This document shows positions 35,691 to 45,363 of a stretch of DNA of 64,000 bases, one piece after another. Numbering within the stretch: position 1 is the stretch's first letter; every line of letters begins with the position of its first letter. Both the position numbers and the translations under genes were made by a program. The notes below the pieces were generated by a model. That model did no database searches. It saw only the letters and a program-made list of their open reading frames with translations, and was not told the DNA's origin. Source of the DNA: Gemmatimonadota bacterium (GTDB lineage: Bacteria; Gemmatimonadota; Gemmatimonadetes; Gemmatimonadales; GWC2-71-9); the NCBI GenBank assembly GCA_041487875.1, contig JBGPOE010000010.1:4453-68452 (forward strand), in the 5' to 3' direction.

Positions 35691-38498
35691 ATGCCCGCCC
35701 CGACGCAGTCAGTCTTTCTGATCGACGGGTACGCCCTCATCTACCGCGCTTTTTTCGCGATGATCTCGCGGCCCCTCACCACGCGCCGCGGCGAAAACAC
35801 GTCCGCGGTGTGGGGGGTGACCAACTTCCTCCTCCGCCTGCTGGAAAAGCACCGGCCCGCCTACGTCGCCTGGGTGCATGACGTGGGCGAGTCGTTTCGG
35901 CACCAGCGCTACCCGCAATACAAAGCGACCCGCGAGAAGCTCGACGAGCAGCTGCAGCAGGATTTCGACCGCTCGGTGGAACGGATCACCCAGGTGCTCG
36001 ACGCGTTTCATATGCCGGTGCTGGGCGTTCCGGGCTTCGAGGCAGACGACGTGATCGGCACGCTCGCGGGGGAGGCGGCGCGCCGTGGCCTGCGGGCCGT
36101 GATCGTCTCGGGCGACAAGGACTTTCATCAACTGGTGGGCCCGGCGGTCGTGCTGCTCAACCCGGGCCGCGGCGGGCCGGCCGCCGTGGAGGAGCACTGG
36201 GTGGACGCGTCGAACGCGGCCGAGCGGCTCGGCGTGCCGCCCGAGCGCGTGGTCGATTACCTCGCCCTCGTGGGGGACAGCTCCGACAACGTGCCCGGTG
36301 TGAAGGGTGTGGGGGAGAAGACCGCGCTCGAGCTGCTCCAGACCTACGGCGATCTCGACGCCATTCTGGCGCGGGCCGCGGAGGTGCCGGGCAAGCGCGC
36401 GCGCGAAGCCCTCCTGGCGCAGGCCGACGCGGCCCGCCTGTCGCGCGAGCTGGTCACGATTCGACGGGACGTGCCGGTGACGCTCGATCTCGATCGCCTG
36501 CGGGTGCGCCCACCCGACGTGGCACGTCTCACGGAGCTTTTCATCGAGCTCGAGTTCAAGTCGCTCGTGCCGCGTCTCGAGGCGTTCGCCCGGGCCGCGA
36601 CGCCGTCGTCGGCCGCTCCGATCGCCGTGGCAGCCCCCGCCCCGGTCCAGGTCGCGCCGGGACAAACACCGGTGCGCATCGTGGCAGATGCGGCCCAGCT
36701 CGCCGCGGCGATCGCCGACTGCCGCCGCGCGCCGCTTGTGGCGTTCGACACGGAGACCACGTCACCCGATCCGCTGCGCGCCGAGCTGGTGGGCCTGTCA
36801 CTCGCGGCCGCACCGGACCGGTCCTGGTACCTGCCATTCGGCCATCGTGCGCCCGATGGCGAGCTCGCCGGCGGCGCGCCACCCGCCAATCTGCCGCCGC
36901 TCGCGAGCGCAGTCATGCTGCCCCTGCGCGATCTGCTCGCGGATCCGGGGGTGACAAAGGCTGCACATGACGTGAAGTACGACTGGCTCGTGTTGCGCCG
37001 CGCCGGCGTCGAGCTGGGCGGTGTCGCGTATGACTCGATGCTTGCGAGTTTCGTCCTCGACCCGGGCCGGCGGTCTCACGCGTTGGGCGATCTGGCACGC
37101 GAGCGTTTCGGCGTCGAGATGCAGACGTACGCGGGGCTCGTGGGGCGCGGGCGCGCCGAGCGGCCATTCGCGGAGATCCCGGTGGCGGCTGCGGCGCGCT
37201 ATTGTTGCGCGGACAGCGAGATGGTGCTGCGGCTGCGGGACGCGTTTGCCGGTGAACTGGAAGACCACCGGCTGTTGCCGCTGCTCGAAACGATCGAGCT
37301 GCCGCTCACGAGTGTGCTCGCCGACATGGAGTGGCATGGCATGCTCGTGGATCGAGCGCTGCTCGCCGAGATCGGCCGCGGCCTGACCAAGGAGCTGGCG
37401 GAGCTGGAGCGGGCGATCTATCAGGCGGCGGGGCGGGAATTCAACATCAACTCGACGCCGCAGTTGCGGACCGTCCTGTTCGAGAAGCTGCAGCTCCCCA
37501 CCCTCAAGAAAACCAAGACGGGTGCATCCACCGACTTCGAGGTGTTGGAGCAGCTAGCCGCGATGGGGCACGACGTCCCGCGCCTGCTCATCGAGTATCG
37601 CGAGCTCACCAAGCTCAAGTCGACGTACGTGGACGCCCTCCCCGGCTATGTCAATCCGGCCACGGGCCGCGTGCACACCAGCTTCAACCAAGTGGGCGCG
37701 AGCACCGGACGCCTGTCGAGCTCCAATCCCAACCTCCAGAACATCCCTGTGCGCACGGCGCGGGGCGGGGCGATCCGGCGGGCGTTCGTGGCAGCCGACG
37801 GCTGCGTGCTGGTCGTGGCTGACTACTCCCAGATCGAGTTGCGATTGCTCGCGCACCTCTCGGGTGACCCCGCGTTTGTCGAGGCGTTTCAGCAGGGCGG
37901 GGACATCCACCGCCAGACCGCGGCGGTGATCTTCGGCGTGTCGCAGGACAACGTGACGCCCGACATGCGCGCGCGCGCGAAGACCATCAACTTCGCCACG
38001 ATCTACGGACAGGGCCCGTTCGCCCTGTCGCGCCAGCTCGGCATCAGTCAGGAAGAGGCGAAGGAATTCATCGCGCAATACTTCCGCCGCTTCGCCGGGG
38101 TGCGGGCCTGGCTCGACCGCACGGTCGCCGAGGCCCGCGAAAAAGGCTTTGTCGAAACGCTGTTTGGGCGGCGGCGCTACATCCCCGAGCTGCGCGACCA
38201 GAACTTCAACATCCGCGCGTTCGGCGAGCGGACCGCGACGAATTCGCCCCTGCAGGGCTCCGCGGCCGACCTCATCAAGGTCGCCATGATCCGCATTCAC
38301 GCCGGTCTCCGCGCTGCGGGACTCGGCACCCGCATGATCCTCCAGGTGCACGACGAGCTGGTGTTCGAGGCGCCAGCGGCGGAACGGGAGGCGGCCACGG
38401 AGGTCGCAAAACGCCATATGGAGGGAGCCGCCGAGCTGCGCGTCCCCCTCGTCGTAAGTATCGGCGTGGGAAAGAATTGGCTCGACGCCAAAGGGTGA
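35691..38498 (+). CDS. polA: DNA polymerase I
   Basis: 5'-nuclease N-terminus, 3'-5' exonuclease (FDTETT) and polymerase motifs A (DYSQIELRLLAH), B (RRAFK-like/KTINFATIYG) and C (QVHDELVFE); 935 aa. Confidence 0.97.
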   Translation: MPAPTQSVFLIDGYALIYRAFFAMISRPLTTRRGENTSAVWGVTNFLLRLLEKHRPAYVAWVHDVGESFRHQRYPQYKATREKLDEQLQQDFDRSVERITQVLDAFHMPVLGVPGFEADDVIGTLAGEAARRGLRAVIVSGDKDFHQLVGPAVVLLNPGRGGPAAVEEHWVDASNAAERLGVPPERVVDYLALVGDSSDNVPGVKGVGEKTALELLQTYGDLDAILARAAEVPGKRAREALLAQADAARLSRELVTIRRDVPVTLDLDRLRVRPPDVARLTELFIELEFKSLVPRLEAFARAATPSSAAPIAVAAPAPVQVAPGQTPVRIVADAAQLAAAIADCRRAPLVAFDTETTSPDPLRAELVGLSLAAAPDRSWYLPFGHRAPDGELAGGAPPANLPPLASAVMLPLRDLLADPGVTKAAHDVKYDWLVLRRAGVELGGVAYDSMLASFVLDPGRRSHALGDLARERFGVEMQTYAGLVGRGRAERPFAEIPVAAAARYCCADSEMVLRLRDAFAGELEDHRLLPLLETIELPLTSVLADMEWHGMLVDRALLAEIGRGLTKELAELERAIYQAAGREFNINSTPQLRTVLFEKLQLPTLKKTKTGASTDFEVLEQLAAMGHDVPRLLIEYRELTKLKSTYVDALPGYVNPATGRVHTSFNQVGASTGRLSSSNPNLQNIPVRTARGGAIRRAFVAADGCVLVVADYSQIELRLLAHLSGDPAFVEAFQQGGDIHRQTAAVIFGVSQDNVTPDMRARAKTINFATIYGQGPFALSRQLGISQEEAKEFIAQYFRRFAGVRAWLDRTVAEAREKGFVETLFGRRRYIPELRDQNFNIRAFGERTATNSPLQGSAADLIKVAMIRIHAGLRAAGLGTRMILQVHDELVFEAPAAEREAATEVAKRHMEGAAELRVPLVVSIGVGKNWLDAKG

Positions 38499-38539
38499 GC
38501 ACATCTCTTGCAGGTTGGAACCCCGGTGCTCATGTTGTG

Positions 38540-38580
38540 GCGTCGGAGCCCCCAAGTTTGACCGGGGACCGACGCTTTTT
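38540..38580 (+). terminator. intrinsic terminator downstream of polA
   Basis: Stem GCGTCGG-AG-CCCC / GGGG-A-CCGACGC (38540-38575) followed by TTTTT (38576-38580). Confidence 0.7.
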
Positions 38581-38596
38581 GGCGCCGGGGGAGGCT

Positions 38597-38980
38597 GTGG
38601 TGCGTGCTGAGCGCGGCTTTACGCTGATCGAGCTCTTGATCGTGGTGGTGATCATCGGGATTCTCGCGGCCATCGCGATCCCGAAGTTCGTCAACACGAA
38701 AGAGAAGGCCTACATGGCGCAGATGAAGTCCGACCTCCGCAACCTGGCTACGGCGGAGGAGGCCTTCTTCTACGACAGCACTTCGTACACGACCAGCCTC
38801 GCGATGCTGAACAACTTCGCGCCGTCGTCCGCCGTGACGTTGACGGTCAACGAAGCCACGCCCAAGGGCTGGTCGGCCACGGCGGTGCACGCCCAGACGC
38901 CACGGAAGTGTTACCTCTTTTCGGGCGGCGCGGCACCGGTGGGGACCGCTACGGTGGAGGGCCGCATCACCTGCTCCTGA
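38597..38980 (+). CDS. type IV pilin / pseudopilin-like protein (prepilin N-terminal methylation motif)
   Basis: VVRAERG|FTLIELLIVVVIIGILAAIAIP. GTG 38597 is preceded by a GGGGGAGG RBS. The ORF-track start 38477 lies inside polA. Confidence 0.7.
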   Translation: MVRAERGFTLIELLIVVVIIGILAAIAIPKFVNTKEKAYMAQMKSDLRNLATAEEAFFYDSTSYTTSLAMLNNFAPSSAVTLTVNEATPKGWSATAVHAQTPRKCYLFSGGAAPVGTATVEGRITCS

Positions 38981-39018
38981 GTGACGTCTGCCGCCCGTTC
39001 ACGCGCCGCCGCGAGGGG

Positions 39019-39267
39019 ATGTGCTTCGCCCTCGATGGCGGCGTTTGGTTTCATCGCCACCGCCTGCGCGGTGAGGCGCTGGCCCACCTCGTGAGCGCCA
39101 ACCGCGACCAACTCCTGGCGGTCGGCCACGTCCTCGGCCTGCAACCGGCCTGGTTGCAGTACAAGCCGCTCAAGGACCCGCGCACGGGTGTGCGCGTGGC
39201 GGCGTGGCATTGGGATGTGTGGGGTGCGTTCCTGGCGAAGCTGGAAGACGAGGTGCGGCGACCTTAG
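39019..39267 (+). CDS. hypothetical protein, DUF4031-like
   Basis: MCFALDGGVWFHRHRLRGEALAHLVS...AAWHWDVWG loosely resembles DUF4031 proteins. Start is ATG 39019, inside ORF 38908..39267. Confidence 0.4.
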   Translation: MCFALDGGVWFHRHRLRGEALAHLVSANRDQLLAVGHVLGLQPAWLQYKPLKDPRTGVRVAAWHWDVWGAFLAKLEDEVRRP

Positions 39268-41531
39268 GGCTGCGCGTCGCCGCGTGGCGCCCGCACGCCC
39301 GGCCACCAATTCCACCGTCCCGCGATGTGCATGATCGCCGGCACGAGAACCATGCGGATCAGCGTGGCGTCGAGCAGCACGGCGGCGGCGAGCCCGAAGC
39401 CGATCAGTTGCACGGCGAGCACCCGCGAGAACGCGAACACGCCGAATACGCAGATCATGATCGCTGCGGCGTATGTGATAGTGGACGCCGTGCCGGACAA
39501 TCCTTCCATGGTCGCGTGGTCGTTGCGCCCCGTCTTGTCGAACACTTCTTTCACGCGCGCCAGTAGGAACACCTCGTAATCCATCGACAGGCCGAACACG
39601 GTCGCGAAGACCAGGATCGGGACCACCGCCCAGATGGCCTCGGTCGGGCCGTCGAGGCCGAAGAGCTTGGCACCGTGGCCGTGCTGGAACACGAACACCG
39701 TCACACCGAACGCGGCGCCCACCGACAGGCAGTTGAGCAGGACAGCCTTCAGCGGTACGAGCAAAGAGCGGAAGGCGACGAACAGCATGATCGCCGTAAT
39801 GCCGAGAATGAGACCGACCACCTGCGGCAACCGGCGCAACAGGTCCTTCTGCACGTCCACGTTGGCGGCGGCGAACCCGCCGACGAAAATCTGCGCGCCC
39901 TGTAACCCCCGCACGCCGCGCGCGGCCACGCGCCGGGCCGTGCGCACGACGTCCATCATGCCGGTGAAGGTGACGCTGTCGGCGGGGATCACGTCGATCA
40001 GCGTCGTCCGGGCGTCGGTGGAGAGATATGCGTTGAAGAACTGCGGAGACTTGGCGCGCACGGCTTCCGGATCGCTGTAGAACATCGCGAGCTGCAGGGC
40101 CGACAGCCGTGGCCGGATGGTGGCGATGCCGCGCACGTCTTTGATGCGGGGATCACGGCGCAACGAGTCGGACAGGACCTTGAGCCCGAGGAGCCGGGGG
40201 GCGGCCAGGGCCGATTGACCTTGCGGCAGCTCCACCACCACGCGCACCGGCATGATCACGCCGCTGGCGCCCATCTCCCGCAGCGCGTTCAACCCCTCGC
40301 CCGACTCCGACTGCTCGGGGAACCAGTTCCGCGCGGGCAGGCCGATGCGGATCTGCGTCAGCGGCAGACTGAGCACCGCGATCGCGATGCCGCCACCCGC
40401 GATGGCCCGCCAGGGGCGGTGCAGCAGGAACCGCGCCCACCGCTCCCACCCGGTCGGGGCGTGGAACCGGGCCAAGGGCCGGGCGAGCCAGCGCGGGCGA
40501 TCGATGTTGCGGCCGAGGTAGGAGAGCACGGCGGGGAGGAACGTCGTGGCGAGGAGCACGGCGACCCCCACGACCAGCAGGCCGCCGATGCCCACCGACC
40601 GCGTCTCCGTCAGCGGCGTCGTCGTCAGCGCGGCGAAGCCCACCACGACGGTCATCCCCGACGTCACTACCGCGGAGCCGGCAGTCTCGATCGTGCGGAT
40701 CGCCGCGTCCACCGGCGACAGGCCGCGGTTCATCTCCTCGCGGAAGCGCGTCACGATGAGCAGCGAGTAATCGATGCCGACCCCCAGGCCCACCATGGTC
40801 GTGATGTTGAGGACGAAGACGGACATGTTCTGAAATCGGGCGGCCACGGTCACCAGACCGAGGGCGATCGTAATGGCGAGCACGCCCACCACGAGGGGCA
40901 GCATGGCCGCGATCAGCGCGCCGAACGCCAGCACCAGCACCACAAGCGTCGGCGGCAGCGCCACCTTCTCGCCGTGTTCGGTGTCCTCCGCGCTGATCGT
41001 CCGGGTGTCGTGATCGAGCGCGGGGTTCCCCGTGACCTTCACGTCGAAGCCCACCGCCTCCGGCACGCCGGCGAGAGCGCCCTGCACGGTGTCGCGCAGG
41101 TCAGGGATGAACGTCTTGGTGATGTCGGCGGTGCGGTCGGGGGCCAGGGCGGCGATCAGAAACGTCGTGCGGCCGTCGGTGGAAACAAAGCTCGACTCGC
41201 CCAGCGTCTTGACGGAGACGACCTGGCTCACATACGGCTGGCGCGACACGGCGGCGGTGAGCGAGTCGAGCACCGCCGTGAAGCCGGGCGTGGTGTAGCG
41301 CATCGGCCCGTGCACCACGATGGCCACGTAGTCGGCGAACGGGGTCGGAAAATCGTCGCGCAGAATGCGGGAGGCGCGGGCGGACTCCGTCTGCTCCTGG
41401 AACGAGCCGCGCACCGACAGACTGCGCTGGACACGGCAGGCGCGCGGGGCGAACAGCACGAGGAGTGCCGCCCACGCCGCGATGACCGCTCCGCGCCAGC
41501 GGATGATCTGCCTCGCGGGCAGCGCGACCAC
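39264..41531 (-). CDS. MMPL/RND-superfamily membrane transporter
   Basis: 755 aa with two 6-TM blocks separated by soluble loops; typical duplicated MMPL architecture. Confidence 0.85.
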   Translation of the reverse strand: MVALPARQIIRWRGAVIAAWAALLVLFAPRACRVQRSLSVRGSFQEQTESARASRILRDDFPTPFADYVAIVVHGPMRYTTPGFTAVLDSLTAAVSRQPYVSQVVSVKTLGESSFVSTDGRTTFLIAALAPDRTADITKTFIPDLRDTVQGALAGVPEAVGFDVKVTGNPALDHDTRTISAEDTEHGEKVALPPTLVVLVLAFGALIAAMLPLVVGVLAITIALGLVTVAARFQNMSVFVLNITTMVGLGVGIDYSLLIVTRFREEMNRGLSPVDAAIRTIETAGSAVVTSGMTVVVGFAALTTTPLTETRSVGIGGLLVVGVAVLLATTFLPAVLSYLGRNIDRPRWLARPLARFHAPTGWERWARFLLHRPWRAIAGGGIAIAVLSLPLTQIRIGLPARNWFPEQSESGEGLNALREMGASGVIMPVRVVVELPQGQSALAAPRLLGLKVLSDSLRRDPRIKDVRGIATIRPRLSALQLAMFYSDPEAVRAKSPQFFNAYLSTDARTTLIDVIPADSVTFTGMMDVVRTARRVAARGVRGLQGAQIFVGGFAAANVDVQKDLLRRLPQVVGLILGITAIMLFVAFRSLLVPLKAVLLNCLSVGAAFGVTVFVFQHGHGAKLFGLDGPTEAIWAVVPILVFATVFGLSMDYEVFLLARVKEVFDKTGRNDHATMEGLSGTASTITYAAAIMICVFGVFAFSRVLAVQLIGFGLAAAVLLDATLIRMVLVPAIMHIAGRWNWWPGVRAPRGDAQP

Positions 41532-41621
41532 TTAGCGTCCAAACATATGCGGGCCACAATCATAGGCCGGAGCGCAGGCCAAAGCTAGCGGCGCTGTAGC
41601 GCACGTTTGCATATTGCGCGC

Positions 41622-42419
41622 ATGGCCGAGCGCAACGTGTCTCCTTTCGTCGCGGCTGCTGTCGCGGTGCTGGTGCTCGCGGTCGTGTGGGACGCCGTTC
41701 GTGGCGGCCGCCGCCCGGTGCCGCCACCGGCGCACGTCACCGCGGCGCCGGAATCCGCTGCGGCTCCGGCCGTGCGGCGTGATACGCTCGCCGCGCGCAG
41801 CGTGCCCCCGCGCGACACCGCTCCGTCCACCAGCTACATGGACCAACTCGCCAGGTCCGACACGCGGCGGCGCATTCGCGCGAGCGCCGGCATTGCGTAC
41901 CTGAGCGACGCCCTCGCCGTGTCCACCGACTCGATGCTGCGCCGCTGGGACAACCGCATCGCGAATCCCGTGCGCGTGTGGTTGCCGCCGGGCTCCGCGG
42001 CGAATTATCAGCCCGCGTTTCTCGACGCCGTACGGAGCGCGTTTGCCCGCTGGAGCGATACTGGCGTGCCGGTGCGCTTCGACCTCACGGCCGACTCGGC
42101 CACGGCCGAGGTGCGCTTCCGGTGGCGCGTACAGTTCGACATCGAGCGCTCAGGGCAGACGGACCTCGTGTGGGACCAGGACGGGCACATCGACTCGGCG
42201 ACCGTGACCCTCGCCACGTTCGACCCCAAAGGCCGCCCGATGAGCGCCGAAGACGTACGCCTCGTGGCGCTGCACGAAATCGGTCATGTCCTGGGACTGG
42301 AGCACTCGCCCGATTCGAGCGACCTGATGTTCCCCACCGCCCGGGTCCGCGACTTGTCGAGCAAGGACATCCAGACCGCGCTGCTGCTCTACCAGCTCGC
42401 TCCCGGCAGCCTCCGGTAG
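41622..42419 (+). CDS. membrane-anchored matrixin (M10) family zinc metalloprotease
   Basis: HEIGHVLGLEHS zinc motif followed by the LMFP Met-turn; N-terminal TM helix. Start taken as ATG 41622; TTG 41607 is in the ORF track. Confidence 0.7.
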   Translation: MAERNVSPFVAAAVAVLVLAVVWDAVRGGRRPVPPPAHVTAAPESAAAPAVRRDTLAARSVPPRDTAPSTSYMDQLARSDTRRRIRASAGIAYLSDALAVSTDSMLRRWDNRIANPVRVWLPPGSAANYQPAFLDAVRSAFARWSDTGVPVRFDLTADSATAEVRFRWRVQFDIERSGQTDLVWDQDGHIDSATVTLATFDPKGRPMSAEDVRLVALHEIGHVLGLEHSPDSSDLMFPTARVRDLSSKDIQTALLLYQLAPGSLR

Positions 42420-42423
42420 ACGC

Positions 42424-43527
42424 GTGACCCCACGCCAGATCACCTCATTCGTGGAGCGGACCGTCGCGGACGGCGGGCCGGCGACGCTCGAACAACAACT
42501 CGACGCGCGCGTCCGCGACGCGGAGCTCGTGACGCCGTTGCCCGATGGCGCGGTGCGGTGCGTGGCGTGCGGTCACCGCTGCCTCGTGAAGCCCGGCCGG
42601 CGCGGCATCTGCAAAGTGCGCTTCAATCGCGACGGTGTGCTGCGCGCGCCATCGGGATACGTCGCCGCGCTGCAATGCGACCCCACGGAAAAGAAGCCGT
42701 TCTTCCACGTGTTCCCCGGCTCCGACACGCTCACGTTCGGCATGCTCGGGTGCGACTTCCACTGCGGCTATTGCCAGAACTGGCTGACGTCGCAGGCGCT
42801 GCGCGACGACGCGGCGGGCGTCACGCCGACCGACATCACACCGCAGGACCTGGTCGGGCTGGCCCTCCGTCAGGGCGCCAAGCTCGTCGGGTCGTCGTAC
42901 AACGAGCCGTTGATCACGGCCGAGTGGGCGGTCGATGTGTTCAAGGCGGCGCGGCCGCACGGCCTGCGCACGGCGTTCATTTCCAACGGCAACGCCACGC
43001 CCGAAGTGCTGGACTACATCCGCCCGTGGACCGATGCCTACAAGATCGATCTCAAAGCGATGGATGACCGCCGCTACCGGGAGCTGGGTGGAGTGCTACA
43101 GCACGTGCTGGATGCGATTCGCATGGTGTACGAGCGCGGATTCTGGCTCGAAGTGGTGACGCTGGTAGTACCGGGGTTCAACGACGATGACGCGCAGCTC
43201 ACGCGCGCCGCGGACTCGATCGCTGCGGTCTCGCCGGATATTCCCTGGCACCTCACCGCGTTCCACAAGGATTACCGCATGACGGATCCCGACGACACAC
43301 CCGTCGAGACCCTGGTGCGCGCGTGCGAGATCGGCACCCGGGCGGGGTTGCGGTTCGTCTACGCGGGCAACATCCCGGGCGGCGTCGGGCGGTGGGAGAA
43401 TACCTATTGCCCCGACTGCGGCCACTTGCTGATCGAGCGCACCGGCTACGTCATTCGCCGCCAGCGCGTGGGTCCCGACGGGCGCTGTCCGGCGTGTGGC
43501 GGGCGCATTCCCGGGATCTGGTGCTAG
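42424..43527 (+). CDS. radical SAM enzyme, AmmeMemoRadiSam-system type
   Basis: N-terminal Cys knuckle VRCVACGHRCLVKPGRRGICKVR, DPTEKKPFFHVFPGS, rSAM cluster motif CDFHCGYCQNW, and C-terminal zinc ribbon CPDCGH...CPACGGRIPGIW. Confidence 0.7.
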   Translation: MTPRQITSFVERTVADGGPATLEQQLDARVRDAELVTPLPDGAVRCVACGHRCLVKPGRRGICKVRFNRDGVLRAPSGYVAALQCDPTEKKPFFHVFPGSDTLTFGMLGCDFHCGYCQNWLTSQALRDDAAGVTPTDITPQDLVGLALRQGAKLVGSSYNEPLITAEWAVDVFKAARPHGLRTAFISNGNATPEVLDYIRPWTDAYKIDLKAMDDRRYRELGGVLQHVLDAIRMVYERGFWLEVVTLVVPGFNDDDAQLTRAADSIAAVSPDIPWHLTAFHKDYRMTDPDDTPVETLVRACEIGTRAGLRFVYAGNIPGGVGRWENTYCPDCGHLLIERTGYVIRRQRVGPDGRCPACGGRIPGIWC

Positions 43528-44678
43528 CGCTGCTCCTGCTCTTGCAGGGCGTCGTGCCCGCCGAGGCTCCGGCAGCCGCGGCGCGCTTCGACGCGGCCAC
43601 CTTCGACCCGCTCGTGACCGACGGCATCCGGCGCGGCGCCTACCCCGGCGCCGTACTGGTGGTGGGGCGGCACGACGCGATCCTGTTTGCCAAGGGCTAC
43701 GGCCGTTTCACGTGGTCGCCCGCGAGCCGCGCGATGGATCCCGATTCGACGCTGTTCGACCTCGCGTCGCTCACCAAGGTCGTGGCCACCACCACCGCGA
43801 TGATGCTGTTGGTCGAGCGCGGGCGCATCGAACTCGATGCCCCGGTGGCACGCTACGTCCCCGAGTTCAACGGTCCGGGAACCGCGGCGATTACCGTGCG
43901 TCAGCTGCTCACCCATACGTCCGGGCTGCGCGCCGACATCCCGACGCCTGAGCTCAGAGCGCTTCCCGACAGCGCCGCGTTGCTGCGCCGAGTGCTGGCC
44001 GAAACGCCGCGCGTCCGGCCTGGCACGCGGGTCATCTACAGCGACTTGAATGCGATCCTGCTCGGCGAGGTGATTCGCCGCGTGGTGGGCGAGCCCCTCG
44101 ACGTGTTCGCGGCCCGGGAGATCTTCCTCCCACTCAGCCTCCACGCGACGATGTTCCGTCCCGCGGGGCGGCTCCGACCCCGGATTGCCCCGACCGGTGT
44201 CTGGCGAGGCCGTCCGGTGGCGGGCGTCGTGAACGACGGCAGTGCGTTCAAGCTGAAGGGCGTGTCGGGGAACGCCGGGGTATTCGCGACCGCAACCGAC
44301 ATCGCGCGGTTCGCGCAGTTCATGCTGGCGCGTGGCGTGCTGCCTGACGGACGGCGCCTGCTCCGCGCCGAGACGGTGCGGCTGTTCACGACCAAGGCGA
44401 GCGACGTCGCGAGCGGCCACGAGGCCCGCGCTCTAGGGTGGCAAGCCGTGCCGACCGGCGAAACCACATCGAGCGCCGGAACGCTGTTCGGACCAGCGAG
44501 TTATGGGCACACCGGTTGGACCGGCACGTCGCTGTGGATCGATCCGGACCGGGACCTGTTCGTGTTGTTGTTCACGAACCGTGCGTACCAGCCCCGCACG
44601 CGCACGTCGTTCACGGTGGTGAAGACGGTGCGGGGCGCCGTGGCGGATGCCGCTGCGCGCGCGTCCGATGCCCGCTGA
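43521..44678 (+). CDS. serine hydrolase, beta-lactamase/PBP4* (class C-like) family
   Basis: SxxK motif in DLASLTKV. The signal-like N-terminus VLALLLLLQGVVPAEA starts at GTG 43521, which overlaps the upstream stop. Confidence 0.8.
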   Translation: MLALLLLLQGVVPAEAPAAAARFDAATFDPLVTDGIRRGAYPGAVLVVGRHDAILFAKGYGRFTWSPASRAMDPDSTLFDLASLTKVVATTTAMMLLVERGRIELDAPVARYVPEFNGPGTAAITVRQLLTHTSGLRADIPTPELRALPDSAALLRRVLAETPRVRPGTRVIYSDLNAILLGEVIRRVVGEPLDVFAAREIFLPLSLHATMFRPAGRLRPRIAPTGVWRGRPVAGVVNDGSAFKLKGVSGNAGVFATATDIARFAQFMLARGVLPDGRRLLRAETVRLFTTKASDVASGHEARALGWQAVPTGETTSSAGTLFGPASYGHTGWTGTSLWIDPDRDLFVLLFTNRAYQPRTRTSFTVVKTVRGAVADAAARASDAR

Positions 44679-45033
44679 CGCACCGACGCTGATCTACGAC
44701 GGCGAGTGCGGCTTTTGCCGGCGCGCCGTGGAGCTGGTGCGCCGCTGGGACCGGGAACATCGTCTGCGCTACGTGCCGTTTCAGGACGAGGCCCGAGTCG
44801 CGCGCTTCGGCGTACCGCTTCCCGCGCTCGCGGCCGCGATGCACTTGGTCCTGCCGGATGGACGGGTGTACGCGGGCGCCGATGCGGCGCCCGAGATCCT
44901 ACGATTGCTGCCGGGCAAGGGCTGGCTGGCGGCGCCGTTCGCGCTCCCCGGGGCGCGGCCGTTGGCGCGCCGGGTGTATGGTTGGATCGCGCGACGCCGG
45001 CGCTGTCTGGTGCGTGGCCGACCCGCGGGCTAG
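44647..45033 (+). CDS. DCC-family thiol-disulfide oxidoreductase (DUF393)
   Basis: LIYDGECGFCRR motif (DGxCxxC). Confidence 0.75.
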   Translation: MPLRARPMPADAPTLIYDGECGFCRRAVELVRRWDREHRLRYVPFQDEARVARFGVPLPALAAAMHLVLPDGRVYAGADAAPEILRLLPGKGWLAAPFALPGARPLARRVYGWIARRRRCLVRGRPAG

Positions 45034-45056
45034 AGTTCGCTGGGAGGGAAACCGTC

Positions 45057-45362
45057 GTGACTGAGACGCTGACCGCCGACGCGATTCGCTCGGCGCTGCG
45101 GCAGGTGAAGGATCCCGAGCTGGACCTGAACATCATCGACCTCGGTCTCGTATACGACGTCGAGGTGGATCAGGGCGAGGTGCGCGTGAAAATGACGCTC
45201 ACGTCGCCCGGGTGTCCCGCGGGCCCGCAGATCGTCCACGACGCGGACCGCACGATCAAACAGATCGACGGAGTGAAGGACGTGGACATCGAAATCGTGT
45301 GGGAGCCCTACTGGTCTCCCGAAAAGATGGATCCGAAAGTGCGGGCCCTGCTCGGCTTCTAG
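45057..45362 (+). CDS. DUF59 (SufT/PaaD-like) Fe-S cluster assembly factor
   Basis: VKDPELDLNIIDLGLVYDV...TLTSPGCPAGP. GTG 45057 is preceded by a GGGAGGGAA RBS. Confidence 0.8.
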   Translation: MTETLTADAIRSALRQVKDPELDLNIIDLGLVYDVEVDQGEVRVKMTLTSPGCPAGPQIVHDADRTIKQIDGVKDVDIEIVWEPYWSPEKMDPKVRALLGF

Positions 45363-45363
45363 G

